Source of the DNA: Flaccisagitta enflata
Lineage: Eukaryota
Length of the DNA: 64,000 nucleotides
Assembly (NCBI GenBank): GCA_965153355.1
Contig: OZ231126.1
Coordinates: forward strand, 31,186,001-31,250,000
Direction of reading: 5' to 3'
Position 1 is the stretch's first letter. Each line of letters begins with the position of its first letter. The notes beneath the pieces were generated by a model. The model was not told the origin of the DNA. It ran no database searches and worked only from the letters and a program-made list of their open reading frames with translations. A program made the position numbers and the translations under genes. Below, piece by piece: positions 50,839 through 64,000 of the stretch.

Positions 50839-51093
50839 GCATACTCAGTACATCTTCCATGTTTTTGTCTCAGTTTAATACCTTCAAAGTAAAAACTCAT
50901 ACGTCCAAATCTATCAATCTCATTTATAGTTACTTGATCCGTGATTTCCAATATTGGAATAATTTATCTTAACATATCACGGTCCTTTCTTTTGCTTCTT
51001 CCATTCATTGTCTCGTCGTTACCAGGAACTATTGTTGGCACCGATGATTATGGGATCTCGAGCCAGGTGTAATTCAGTGAGCATGGTTTGTCC

Positions 51094-51398
<305 letters not shown>

Positions 51399-51807
51399 CT
51401 TTCTTTACCTTGCCCTTGTTTATTTCTTCTCTTTCTTTTCATTTCTTTTCTTTTCATTTTTCGTCATTTTTTCTTTTCTTTTTTTTTCATTTTCGTCATT
51501 CTTTTAAAATCATTTTTGTTTGTTTGTTTTCAATGCCATCCTCTTTCTCGATTTTTTCTTTTGTCTATGATTTTGTCTCTCATTTCGTCTCACCCACTTT
51601 CATCTCTTCTACCTCTTCCATTTTCTCATTTCAACTTTATTTCTTCTGTCTCTTTCTCATTCTTCTTCATTTCTTCTGTCTTTATCCCTTTCTCACTCTC
51701 CTACATTTCCTCTGTCTCTTTCTCTTTCTCTTTGAATTGGTGTCAATGTCCTAGCCGAGTGAAAATGAAGACTGCCGTCAAGTGTCATTGGCCAGAGAAT
51801 GAGAGAG

Positions 51808-51846
<39 letters not shown>

Positions 51847-52397
51847 AGACAATAAAGAACGAGAGAGACAGAATCAGAGAGAGAGACAAAGAGAGACAGA
51901 GGAAGCCGAAGAGAAATAGAGCCAAAGAAAGAAAGATAGAAACAATAGTCGCAATAGCGTTAAATGGTCAGCGTACCCGTTGCCCCTATGTTAGTTTACC
52001 GCTCGACTCAATAAAAAAGCTGCACTTTTAAAAGGCAAATTGTCATATTGAATTTCAAAATAATTAATTAAAATCTTGAACCGTTAAAAAGCTCTTGAAA
52101 AGAGCTTTCATTTAGCCCCAATCTGGCAATTCTAGCTTTATTCGTTTAGAAATGGCATAAGGATGAGTAAAAACATTGCCATTATCAGTTTGCAATAGAA
52201 ATAAGCATTTTTACAAATTGGAAGGTAACTTTAACAAGTTGTAGTTCCTAAACCGTTTGAGATACAGATCAGTGATTCAGATCTGGGATTGGTCTAGAAT
52301 GAAAGAAAGATCTTTAAAAGATCTTTAAAATCACTTCAACAGAAAAATATTTGAATGATTTCTTTTTCTGATTCATCCACTTAGAATAGGGTGCAGC

Positions 52398-53046
52398 TTT
52401 TTTGGGCAGCGGCCCTGAAGGGGACGAAGTCTTGTAGAACACAGGGGGACTTTCGTTCATTCGTTCGTCTGTTAGTTCGTGCGTCCCCCCCCGTTTCAGG
52501 CCCCTCAGGCCTAAAATCTAGCCTCTCAGGCCTCAAATTCAGCCTCTCAGGCCTCTAATCCAGCCTCTCAGGCCTCAAATCCAGCCTCTCAGGCCTCAAA
52601 TCCAGCCTCTCTGGCCTCAAATCCAGCCTCTCAGGCCTCAAATCCAGCCTCTCAGGCCTCAAATCCGACCTAGCAGGCCTCAAACCTGGCCTTTCAGACC
52701 TCAAACTAGGCCTCGCAGGCCTCAAATCGAAATTCCCATGCCTCAAACCTGTCCTCTCATGCCTCAAATTAGGCCTCAAATTAGTCCTCTCAAGCTTCCA
52801 ATTGGCATTCTCAGGCCTTACATCAGCCTTCTTAGACCTCAATTTAAGCTCTTGAAGGCCTTCAGTCAACCCTCTATGTAGCATCTCATCCAGGTAAGGC
52901 AGGACGAACGAAAGTCCCCCTGTGTTCTACAGGACTTTGTCCCCTTCGGGGCCACTGCCCTGCTTCCCCTCACTACAACTCACAATCACTCAAAGCAGGG
53001 CTAAGGGTATCGCTGACCATATATTGCCCTTGGGCGACCTGTTTTT
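52398..53046 (+). mobile_element. HINE family B copy (21-bp array)
   Basis: Ends match 15076-15563; array unit AGGCCTCAAATCCAGCCTCTC. Confidence 0.78.
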
Positions 53047-53526
53047 AGTCGAGTAGTATGTGGATGTGTTATGGTGAGAGGGGCAGCGGCCCCAAAGGGG
53101 CTGATGACCTATGCTTAGCAGTTTTTGAGGCTCTAGGCTTAAATTTGACCATCAATAATGGGATTTGAGCCTCCAGGCTGTGATTTGAGCCGAGATGCTG
53201 GGATTTGAGCCTTAAGGCTGGGATTTGAGCTTTGAGGCTGGGATTTGAGCATTGAGGCTGGGAATTGAGTCTCGAGACTGGGATTTGAGTCTCCAGATCG
53301 CGAAACTTGGATTTGAGCCTCGAGGCTTGAATTTGAGCCTGGAGACCTGGATTTGAGCCTCGAGGCTTGGATTTGAGCATGGAGACTTGGATTTGAGCCT
53401 CGAGGCTTGGATTTGAGCCTCAAGGCTAGGATATTAGCTTTGAAGGGGTGGACAGAGGAGGTGGAGGAGAAATCTCCCGTGTGAAAGCATAGGTCATCGG
53501 TCCCTTCAGGGGCCGCTGCCCAAAAA
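53047..53526 (-). mobile_element. HINE family B copy (20-bp array), tail-to-tail with the previous element
   Basis: GGGCAGCGGCCCC...ATGACCTATGCTT / AAGCATAGGTCATCGG...GGCCGCTGCCCAAAAA. Confidence 0.72.
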
Positions 53527-53548
53527 GACAGAGAGACAGAGAGAGATA

Positions 53549-54501
53549 ACCATGGCGACAATAAAAATGGCCGCCTATTCAAACCCCTCCCCTGAGTTCA
53601 ATTTTTCAACTAGCTTCATAATTTTTTAGGTGGTAATAGAACTTCAAATTTCTGGCTCAGAGAAAAAATCAGAACTCAAAAAAGTTAACAAATGTACCCG
53701 TGGCATCAATTTTTGTGAAAGGCATCCAAATATGGATCTGCCAAATCACATTTTTTTCGCATTTTTTGGTTTTTGTAATGTTTTACAAAAACTCATGCCA
53801 CAGGCACAAAAATACACTTTTTCGAGTTCTGATTTTTGCAGCAGGTCAATAAGTTGTAAAACTCTCACACACTTGAAAAAAATTGCCCCTGTTTTAAAAA
53901 ATCATTTGTTAAAAGAAGGTGGGAAGACAGGTGTTTAAGAGATGATTTTGCACATTTTCAGTAAAATCAACAAAAAATAGTGCAAAATTCAACATTTTTA
54001 AGTTCTGATTTTTTTGTTGAGTTGGAAATTTGATGGACTATCTTCACCTAAAGAATTATGAGACTAGTTGAAAAAATGAGCTCACTGTAAAAAATTGAAG
54101 TTAGTAAAAAAATTCAATCAAAAACTGATTTTACCTCCTTGTTTCAAAATCACTACTATGGCTACAAAAATTAACTTTTTTGAGTTCTGATTTTTTTGGT
54201 GAGTCGAATATCATCAATACTTTCTTCATCTTTGAAAAATTCAAAAGCAATGATGAAAAAAAAGTCATTTCTTAAAGTTCTGAAATAATCATTGTAAAAA
54301 GGTATTGATCAATTTGTATTAGGATACTGTTCACAAAAATTAATGTTGCGGACACAAAAATCAACTTTTTTGAATTCTGATTTTTTTGCTAAATCAGAAA
54401 TTCAAAATATTATCACCCTCTTAAAGATTATGAAGCTAGTCCAAAAATTGAACTCACAGCAGCAAATTGAACATGGCGGCCATTTTTATTGTCGCCATGG
54501 T
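53549..54501. mobile_element. TA-flanked MITE with ACCATGGC termini
   Basis: TA|ACCATGGCGACAATAAAAATGGCCGCC ... GGCGGCCATTTTTATTGTCGCCATGGT|TA; internal TTGAGTTCTGATTTTT subrepeats. Confidence 0.85.
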
Positions 54502-54617
54502 TAAAGAAATACAGACAGAGAAAAAGACAGAGAGAGTGAGTGTGTACATCTTTGGTGGGAATATCGTTTGAGCGACACCATTAAAGACAAAGACATGGTT
54601 GCCAAGGAATATTATGA

Positions 54618-54661
<44 letters not shown>

Positions 54662-55334
54662 GACCGAGAGTTGGAAGATGTTGGGGGAGTGAGCAAGAAG
54701 GTTACAGACTTTCCTAGAAGAAAACACTTATTCAAGGAGAGGTAAGAATCGGAGGGAGAGGGTGAAAAAGAGTAAAGGGGAGACAGTTAGCATGGAGAGC
54801 AGGGAGGGGGGGTGATACAGGTAATTTAATAAGGGATGAAAAAAAAGATGTATGGAAAAACGAGAGCAGGTGTCGATGATTCCGTTTTAGGCCAAATCCC
54901 TAATAATGAGTACATCTAATTGATTTAACTTCTCGAGGCAGACAATTTCTGATCTTTTAAATTAGTAGACGAAACCTTCATGTATCTATTACATGTATTT
55001 CATGCCGTAACTGATGTAAAAATTCCATCTATCTTTGCTGGATTTCCATTATTGCCAATATATAAAGATAAAACAAAATGGCATGAAGGAATCAAGGGTT
55101 CATATCCGTCACAGGCGGGTTTTTGATGCTCTTGGATACGTTTTGTAACTGTATCTCATTGCCCAAAGGGCGAATGTCGATCAGTCAGCTCCACAGGACA
55201 TTGAACCTTTGCTTCCGCTTCTTGATGTGGATGTTTTAAATCATTCTCTTCATTGTTTTCACGCTGTAAATGAAGCTTCGTGAAAACTGCTCTCGGGCTG
55301 TGCCATTCTGCGGCTCCCCCTCTGGTCTATTTGG

Positions 55335-56932
<1,598 letters not shown>

Positions 56933-57242
56933 TGACGTAGATGAGACAATGCTTGTTTCGGACATGGATTAGGAACAACAATTCTTTCCGACATGAAGTG
57001 GGATCTGATGGTGACAACAATTGTGTCAGCATGGATGAAGGCTTGATCACCCCATTCTATACTTTTGATGACTCTTCATTTTTCTTGTCGTTTTCAAACC
57101 CCTCTTGATTCCCATCCAATTGCCCTGTTTCCCTCTCCAACCCGTTCTTAGTCCTTACCCATACAGATCCTCTCCCGCCCTTTCATGATGCATCTCGTTT
57201 CGCCCCCACACCTCCCCATTCAAAACCTCCATGGTCCTACTA

Positions 57243-60200
57243 CCGGGTCTTCAATCTGGACTGGGAAAAAGTATTAAGCTTTTACCCTCAGAAGCTTCTT
57301 TTTAATAACTTGAAATTATTTTTCTATGTAGTACTATGTTTGACATTTTTTTGTGTCAAAATTTTATCGGTCTGTGTCAAATATTTTGTCCACAATATCA
57401 ATTTGAAGTAAAACAAGTATTTATGGTTGAAGCTCAATTTATCCCTTTTTCATCAAAATCATTTTAATCATATTTCCTCTTATTTTTGATCGGTTTAAGC
57501 TACAAATGTCAAAATAGTCTTGAAATAAAGATGTATTATACAGGGTGTATCATGCCAAATTAGATATAAGAAAACGATGGCATTCTGCTTCTAAAAGTGC
57601 AAAAATAGATCTGAAAAAAGATTCAAAGAGCATACAAGCTCCGGTTTTTTGTGTAAAAATTTTATGAGTCTGGGTCAAATATTCTAGCCACAACATTAAT
57701 TTGAAGTGAACTGAGCATTTAGAGGAGAAGCTTTTTGGATATGATTGTGATGCTGAAAGCTTTTCTTTAAATTGCTATTATTTCTAAACGGCTTGAGCCA
57801 CATTTGCCAGATTGGTCTCAAATTAAAGAAAATTTGATAAGCTTTAATTTGGGACCAATCCACTATGGTCTGGAAGTGGCTAAATCTGAAACAAAACCTA
57901 AAGATTGACAATAATGATTATAATGAATACAACAACAAAGAAAAAAAAATTTAAAAAAGATTTGTCTTCATTTTTCGGGTTTTTATATACAAAAAGGTCA
58001 TTTTTAACAATTCAAGATTATTTTAGAATACATGAAATCCTTAAATCTCCTTAAAATTGAATAGTGAGATTTTAATATTTCTTATTGGTAATAAAAATGT
58101 TTTCTGAGTAAGGGCTTAGTTATTACAAAGAAAAATTAAGATATCATATTTTTATCAATATTCTTTTATTTAGCTTAAGATATCTAAGATATTACTCAAA
58201 ACATGCAAAGTAAACGCTGAATCATGTATAATTTCATGGACAAAAGATTCAAAGTTTTTTGATGAAGTTTAAGCTTAACAGAAACACAGAATAAATACAG
58301 AATGAAATATCACTAAGAATATTTATTTATTGTTTATTCATGAAAAGTATCATGAATGATTTAAAACTCAGAAAATGCTAAAAACGAATGATATTTTTTT
58401 TTTCATATTTACAAAAGAAATAAGAATAATAGAAATATACTTAAAATTATACATCTTTAATCTTTTTAATATTTTCAAATATTCTCGATTATATCTGGTT
58501 CTCAAGCATGTGCAACCCATAGTGCATGTTTGATGTCAAATAACGACTCATTCCTTTGAAAGAAAAACAAGGTTGGATACACGGCTACCCCAGTCGCATG
58601 TGGGTGGGCAGGGGCTGTATTTGAGGTCACTTGATCATTTGGACAGAAGCAGTGAGGCTAAAGACAGCAAAAAAAAAACAAAAAAGTAAAGTGTGATAGA
58701 CGGACCGACAGACGGACCGACGCACGGACTAACAGATGGATGGACCGACAAAGCGGGGTGTAGGGTCGCGTAGCACTCAACAATCGCAGGTGGATGGGGA
58801 GAGGCATGCAATTTCCCCCCCCCCCCCCCACACACACACACAATCACAACTGTCCATGGGTTAGTCCGTCAGTCTAGCAAGTTTTTTTTCGATTCAGGAG
58901 ATAGATTCATGTTTTTTGTTTGTTTTTTTTTTTGCTTTTTCATGATTTTTGTTTTGTTTATAGATTTGCGTGGCATGCGACTAAAAATGGAGGTGCTGAA
59001 AACCAAAATACAGTTATTAATTTTGGCGAGACGAGGGGGACCATATCCATCTGGGCATAATCTAAATCTCATGATCCTCATGTTCTGTCGGTATGGTTCA
59101 TGCAAGCAGGAAATTGATGAAATAGGGAAGGAACAGCCCCTAATAAATAGTTCATTCAAATCATAGAAAAGGATGGACAGAGCAAGTCAAAAGTACAGCT
59201 TATCTTTACTAACTCGCTTCTGAAGTAACTGTACAAAATCAAATCTTTCCTGGAGCAACAAGCTCAATGCCATATAGACTGAACTTGAATGAATAAACAA
59301 ATGAATGAATGAATGAATGAATGAATGAATGAATGAATGAATGAATGAAACAAGTGTCAGTTTCAAACAGTTTGTTCTTTTCATCTCTAAATAAATGAAT
59401 GAAGGAACAAAAAAATGAATGAATTTATGAATTTACATATGAATGAATGAATTAATGAATGAATGAATAAATGAATGAATGAATGAATAAATAAATGAAA
59501 ATCGTTCTAAGAGAAACAATGCTTTGCATGAAAACACGCATCTGTTGACAATGATTGAAGAGATAAATTTATTAAAAAATCAACAACTGACAATTGGATT
59601 AGTTGAAGAATGAGTAATGAATAAATGAATGCATGAATGAATGAATGAATGAATGAATGAATGAATGAATGAATGAATTAGAAGAAAGGTATAGATGGTT
59701 GAATCCCGATAAGAAAGAAGAATTGAATGAATGAATGAATGAATGAATGAATGAATGAATGAATGAAAGAATGAATGAATGAATGAAAAATGATTAAAAA
59801 AACAGATTGTTGTTGACCAGTGAGTGGCTCATACAAAATTTCAGCAAGTTAGAGTAGAAAATGTCTGATTTACAGCATTTTCAAAAATGAGAAAAATGAC
59901 CTATAATTTTCATCCCAAAAAAATCGTGTTCCGGCGCAAGCTGGCGCAGGTAAAACCTTATATACATTTGCTCGGCATATGATGTACTTTCAATATGTAA
60001 TAGCCAGAATGTGTGGAAAACTGTGCAAAAAGAGAAAATGATGAATTTCTGAAGCAAAATTTTTTTTGGACGGGTGCAACTTTGAAGAGTCATTGCTGGC
60101 TCAATTTTTGAGTCACACCGGAGATTTTTTGCATGGAGCTAGTCTAGATACGCACTTGACAAAATGCCAAAGCGCGTACATGTGACTGAAAATTTTCTGT

Positions 60201-61011
60201 ACTCAATGCTTCAATGAAAAATGCTGTTTTTTGCACATTTTTTTACAAGGGCCTGGTAACCATAGTAACGAGGTAAGTTAAGGGTATTGAAAAGCACTTT
60301 TACGCCCTAACAAATAGTTAAATTAGAAATTCAGACCATGAACCACCATGCTGCGGTGGAAAATCATGAAATTTTCAAATTGCGACTCGGTAGGTTATTT
60401 CTTGCTGGTATTAAGGGCCTATTCCATAGTGCAATCTGGCATCTGTAACTTAAGTCGTTTTGAAATGAGAGCAATTCAAAAAAAAACTTTCAGAATCAAA
60501 ATCATGCTCAAAGTGCTTCTCCTCTAAATGCTCAATTTATTTCAAATTAATATTGTGGCTACAATATTTGACCCAGACCACTGAAATTTTTACACAAAAA
60601 ACCGGAGCTCATGTGCTCTTTGAATTTATTTTCAAAATTTTTTTTTCACTTTTAGAAGCAGAATGCCATCGTTTTCTTATATCTAATTTGGCATGATACA
60701 CCCTGTAAAATTTGTTAAAAATGACTTCTATCTAGACCAATCTGACATTTGTTGCTCAATCCAATGAGAAATATGAGCAAACCAAAGAAAAACAATTTTG
60801 ATCAATCAAAGCTTAATTGAGCTTCATCTGAAAATGCTTCTTTTACTTCAAATCAATGTTGTGGACGAAATATTTGACCCAGACCAATGAAATTTTGTCA
60901 CAGAAAACGTCGAACATAGTACTACAAAGAAAAATTAATTCCAGGTCATTGAGAAGAAGCATCTGAGAGCAAAAGCTTAATACTTTTTCCCAGTCGAGAT
61001 TGAAGACCCGG
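57243..61011. mobile_element. Tc1/mariner-like MITE (about 600 bp of own sequence) split by a nested element
   Basis: TA|CCGGGTCTTCAATCTGGACTGGGAAAAAGTATTAAGCTTTT ... AAAAGCTTAATACTTTTTCCCAGTCGAGATTGAAGACCCGG|TA. Confidence 0.85.
57541..60705. mobile_element. Nested Tc1/mariner-like non-autonomous element
   Basis: TA|CAGGGTGTATCATGCCAAATTAGATATAAGAAAACGATGGCATTCTGCTTCTAAAAGTG, with its exact reverse complement ending 60705|TA. Contains HINE-A copies (58566-58776) and (TGAA)n at 59290-59790. Confidence 0.85.
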
Positions 61012-61470
61012 TATTTGACCCATCCTTCCTCTTTCTAAGTAGCGATTTGGGCAAAAGCCAAAAAGGGGCTGATGACCCATGCTTTTAAAGACAGAAACAA
61101 TTATATTCCTTTCTCTTCTATTCCCCTCAATTCACCTCTAGTGTTATTTTTACAAATAGGGTATTGTTTTAGTATTGTATGAGTTGCCCCATCATTCTTG
61201 CTGGTGACATATCTCTCACTACAACGTGACAACTTACACTCAGCAAGGGGCACTGACTATCTTTTGGTTTTGGCTACAATTTTTTTGCAATTAGCAACTC
61301 GATAGGAGGTTTTGACGGTTGGTCAGTTGGTCCGTTGGATCGTTGGTCGTTTGATATTCGAGATGGCGTGCTTGTGTGATTTGAGGGGGGGAAGGGGTGG
61401 TAGGAGGTTTAACGCCCCAGCCTAGTGCCCACCCATCCATGACAATATTGCAACCCCGCATTACACAATA

Positions 61471-62062
61471 ACAATGGCCAAAAAAAAAACCGGACGCTGT
61501 TTTTTCATCAAGGATTGCTCAGTAACTAAGAAAGATAAACCCTTAAAATCCATGATGGTTTCAAAGAGCTTCGAAATATCTTTCATTTTAGCTCTCACAG
61601 AACATTGTAGCTTCAGAACTTCAGAAGTTATGATGCTTTAAAGATAACCACTCAGAAATCACGAATCTGGAATCAATATTTTTAGAGCAACCAACTTTGA
61701 ATTAATATAGCTTGTAAACGAAGAAGAATCATGATTTTTGCTTGATTCCATCTTGTAGAGAATTGAAAATACTTCAATTTTACCTTGAATTTCATTCCAT
61801 TTATTTGATTTCTTTATTGTACACAATATGTGAAACAAAAAGTGTCTTATTGTCAGGCACAGTAATTTGCTTCCAAGAAAATGGGTGTTCAATTTCAATT
61901 TTATGTCATTTCAAAACGACTTAAGCTAGAAGTTTCTGCTTGGTCTAGATTTGTAGAGTTTTTGAAGCTCTTTAAAATGCTCATAGATTTTAAGTAAAAA
62001 GTATGTGCAGTATTCAGTCAATCATGAAAAACTGAGCGTCCGGTTTTTATTTTGGCCACTGT
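61471..62062. mobile_element. TA-flanked MITE with ACA(A/G)TGGCC-A-tract termini
   Basis: TA|ACAATGGCC(A)nCCGGACGCT ... AGCGTCCGGTTTTTATTTTGGCCACTGT|TA. Confidence 0.8.
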
Positions 62063-62254
62063 TAAATGATTCCACCTCATTCTGATATGAATCTTTGTGG
62101 ATCGCCAGATCCACTTAGTCCTGGGAAAGTTTTTTTTTAATTTTTTTAATTTTTAATTTTTATTTTTTTTATTTTTGTCTGTGCGTCCTTACTTTTTCTC
62201 TTTTTTTTTGCATCTTCATATTTTCTTTTTTTTCATCTATTGTACCAAGTAATC

Positions 62255-63056
62255 TTTTTTATCCAAATGATGTGTCCTCACCTTAGTCTTTTGTTTGTAT
62301 TATTTTTTTTCTCTCTCAAGATGCCTCTACTTGTCTCTATGTAAATCTTTTGTTTCATCCATATCATTCAGTTATTTTTTTGATCCCCATAATGTGTCCT
62401 CACCTTAGTCTTTTGTTTGTGTTATTTTTTTTCTCTCAAGATGTCTCCACCTATCTCTATTTAAATCTCTTGTTTCATCTTTATCATTCATTATTTTTTT
62501 TTCATCCCCAGAATGTGTCCTCACCCTAGTCTTTTGTTTGTTTTATCTTTTTTCTTTCAAGATGTCTCTACTTATCTCTATGTAAATCTTTTGTTTTTTC
62601 ATCCATCATCAATCATATTCTGTTATCTTTTTAATCTCAAGAATGTGTCCTCACCTTAGTCTTTTGTTTGTGTTATTTTTTTTCTTTCAAGATGTCTCCA
62701 CATATCACTGTAAAGGTTTTTTGTCTTTTGCTTTCTAATCATCTATCATATTCCGTAGTTTTTTTATCCAAAGAATGTGTCCTCACCTTAGTCTTTTGTT
62801 TGTTTTTTTTCCTTTCTAGATGTCTCCACTTATCTCTATGTAAATCTTTTGTTTCATCTATATCATTCAGTAATTTTTTTTCATCCCCAGAATGTGTCCT
62901 CACCTTGGTCTTTTGATTGTTTTATTTTTTCTCTCTCAAGATGTCTCTACTTATCTTTATGTAAATCTTTTGTTTTTTCATCCTCATCATCAATCATATT
63001 CTGTAATTTTCTTTATCCCAAAAATGTGTCCCAACCTTAGTCTTTTGTTTGCGTTA
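62255..63056. repeat. T-rich minisatellite, about 7 units of 117-132 bp
   Basis: ATGTGTCCTCACCTTAGTCTTTTGTTTG recurs at about 62270, 62391, 62512, 62642, 62774, 62891 and 63023. Confidence 0.92.
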
Positions 63057-64000
63057 TTTTTAGTCGCGTGCACGCGACTCTACAACCCGCTTTGTCCGTC
63101 GGTCGGTCGGTCGGTTGGTCGGTTGGTCGGTTGGTCACACTTTACTTTTTTTATCAATTTTATTTCTTTAAGTCACTTTTAGTCATATTAAGTCATTCTA
63201 AGTCATTCTAAGTCATTCTAAGTCATTCTAAGTCATTCTAAGTCATTCTAAGTCATTCTAAGTCATTCTAAGTCATTATTGTCATTTTAGTCAATATAGT
63301 CCTTTTCATCATTTTAAGTCATTCTAAGTCATTTTAAGTTATTTTAAGTCATTTCAAGTGATTTTAAGTCATTTCAAGTGATTTTAGGGCATTTTAAGTC
63401 ATTCCAAGTCATTTTAAGTCATTATTGTCATTTAAGTCATTATAATCCTTTTAATCATTTTCAGTCATTTTAAGTCATTTTATGTCATTATAAGTCATTA
63501 TACGGCATTATAAGTCATTTTAAGTCATTTTAAGTCATTTTTAGTCATTCTAAGTCATTCTAGGTCATCTAAGTCATTCTCAGTCCTTTTCGTCATTTTA
63601 GTCAATATAGTCATTTCACTTTTTATTTACATGATTATAGGTATAGGTCATTATGCAATTTTTGGTAATCAAAGGTAATTTTAGGTCATTATAGGTCATT
63701 ATGCAATTATAAGTAATCATAAGTCATTTTAGGTAATCATAGGTCATTGTTGGTAATTATAGGTCATATTGTAATTATACATAATTATAGGTCATTATAG
63801 GTTAGTAATGGTTATTATGCAATTATAGGTATTATAGGTTATTGGTAATTAAAGGTCAGTATGTAATCATAGGTAATTTTAGGTAATTATAGGTAATTAC
63901 AGGTCATTATAGGTAATAATAGGTAATTTCAGGTAATTATAGGTCATTATAAAATCATAGGTAATTATAGGTCATAATATGTAATTATAGGTCATAATAG
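63057..64000 (+). mobile_element. HINE family A 5' end running into long decamer satellite arrays (TAAGTCATTC)n then (ATAGGTAATT)n
   Basis: TTTTTAGTCGCGTGCACGCGACT, (GGTC)n, then 10-bp periodic arrays to the end of the window. Confidence 0.8.

Noticed and set aside
51015..51095. Minus-strand LTELHLARDPI, resembling an LRR
   Set aside because: It lacks the conserved Asn, has no usable acceptor, and its donor phase does not fit exon 48158. The + strand acceptor at about 51025 also gives no recognisable peptide.

Overview
This is eukaryotic (animal, probably bilaterian invertebrate) AT-rich genomic DNA dominated by repeats. I found no prokaryotic features, CRISPR arrays, rRNA or tRNA. Two intron-containing genes can be rebuilt by hand on the minus strand from GT-AG sites and consistent intron phases. 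(1) The 5' part (4 coding exons, TM1-TM3 and the start of EL2) of an SLC6 Na+/Cl- amino-acid transporter of the glycine/proline-transporter type, at 6509-9251; the rest presumably lies left of the window. (2) The 3' part (9 exons, about 517 codons) of a single-pass LRR protein resembling trophoblast glycoprotein (TPBG/5T4/WAIF1), at 27557-48158; its 5' exons were not found. The remainder is microsatellites, minisatellites, two families of DINE-1/HINE-like (Helentron-type) non-autonomous elements, many TIR MITEs (TA, TTA, 4-bp and 8-bp TSDs) and a 2.96-kb almost fully palindromic Foldback/MULE-like element with a 9-bp TSD. The most notable oddities are a tandem duplicate of the SLC6 TM1 exon end that differs mostly at synonymous sites, an in-frame duplicated C-terminus behind the TPBG-like stop codon, a 3' splice site separated from its pyrimidine tract by about 140 nt of (AAC)n, and repeated site-specific nesting and satellite seeding by the HINE-like elements. 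All alignments and coordinates were read by eye; no searches were run.
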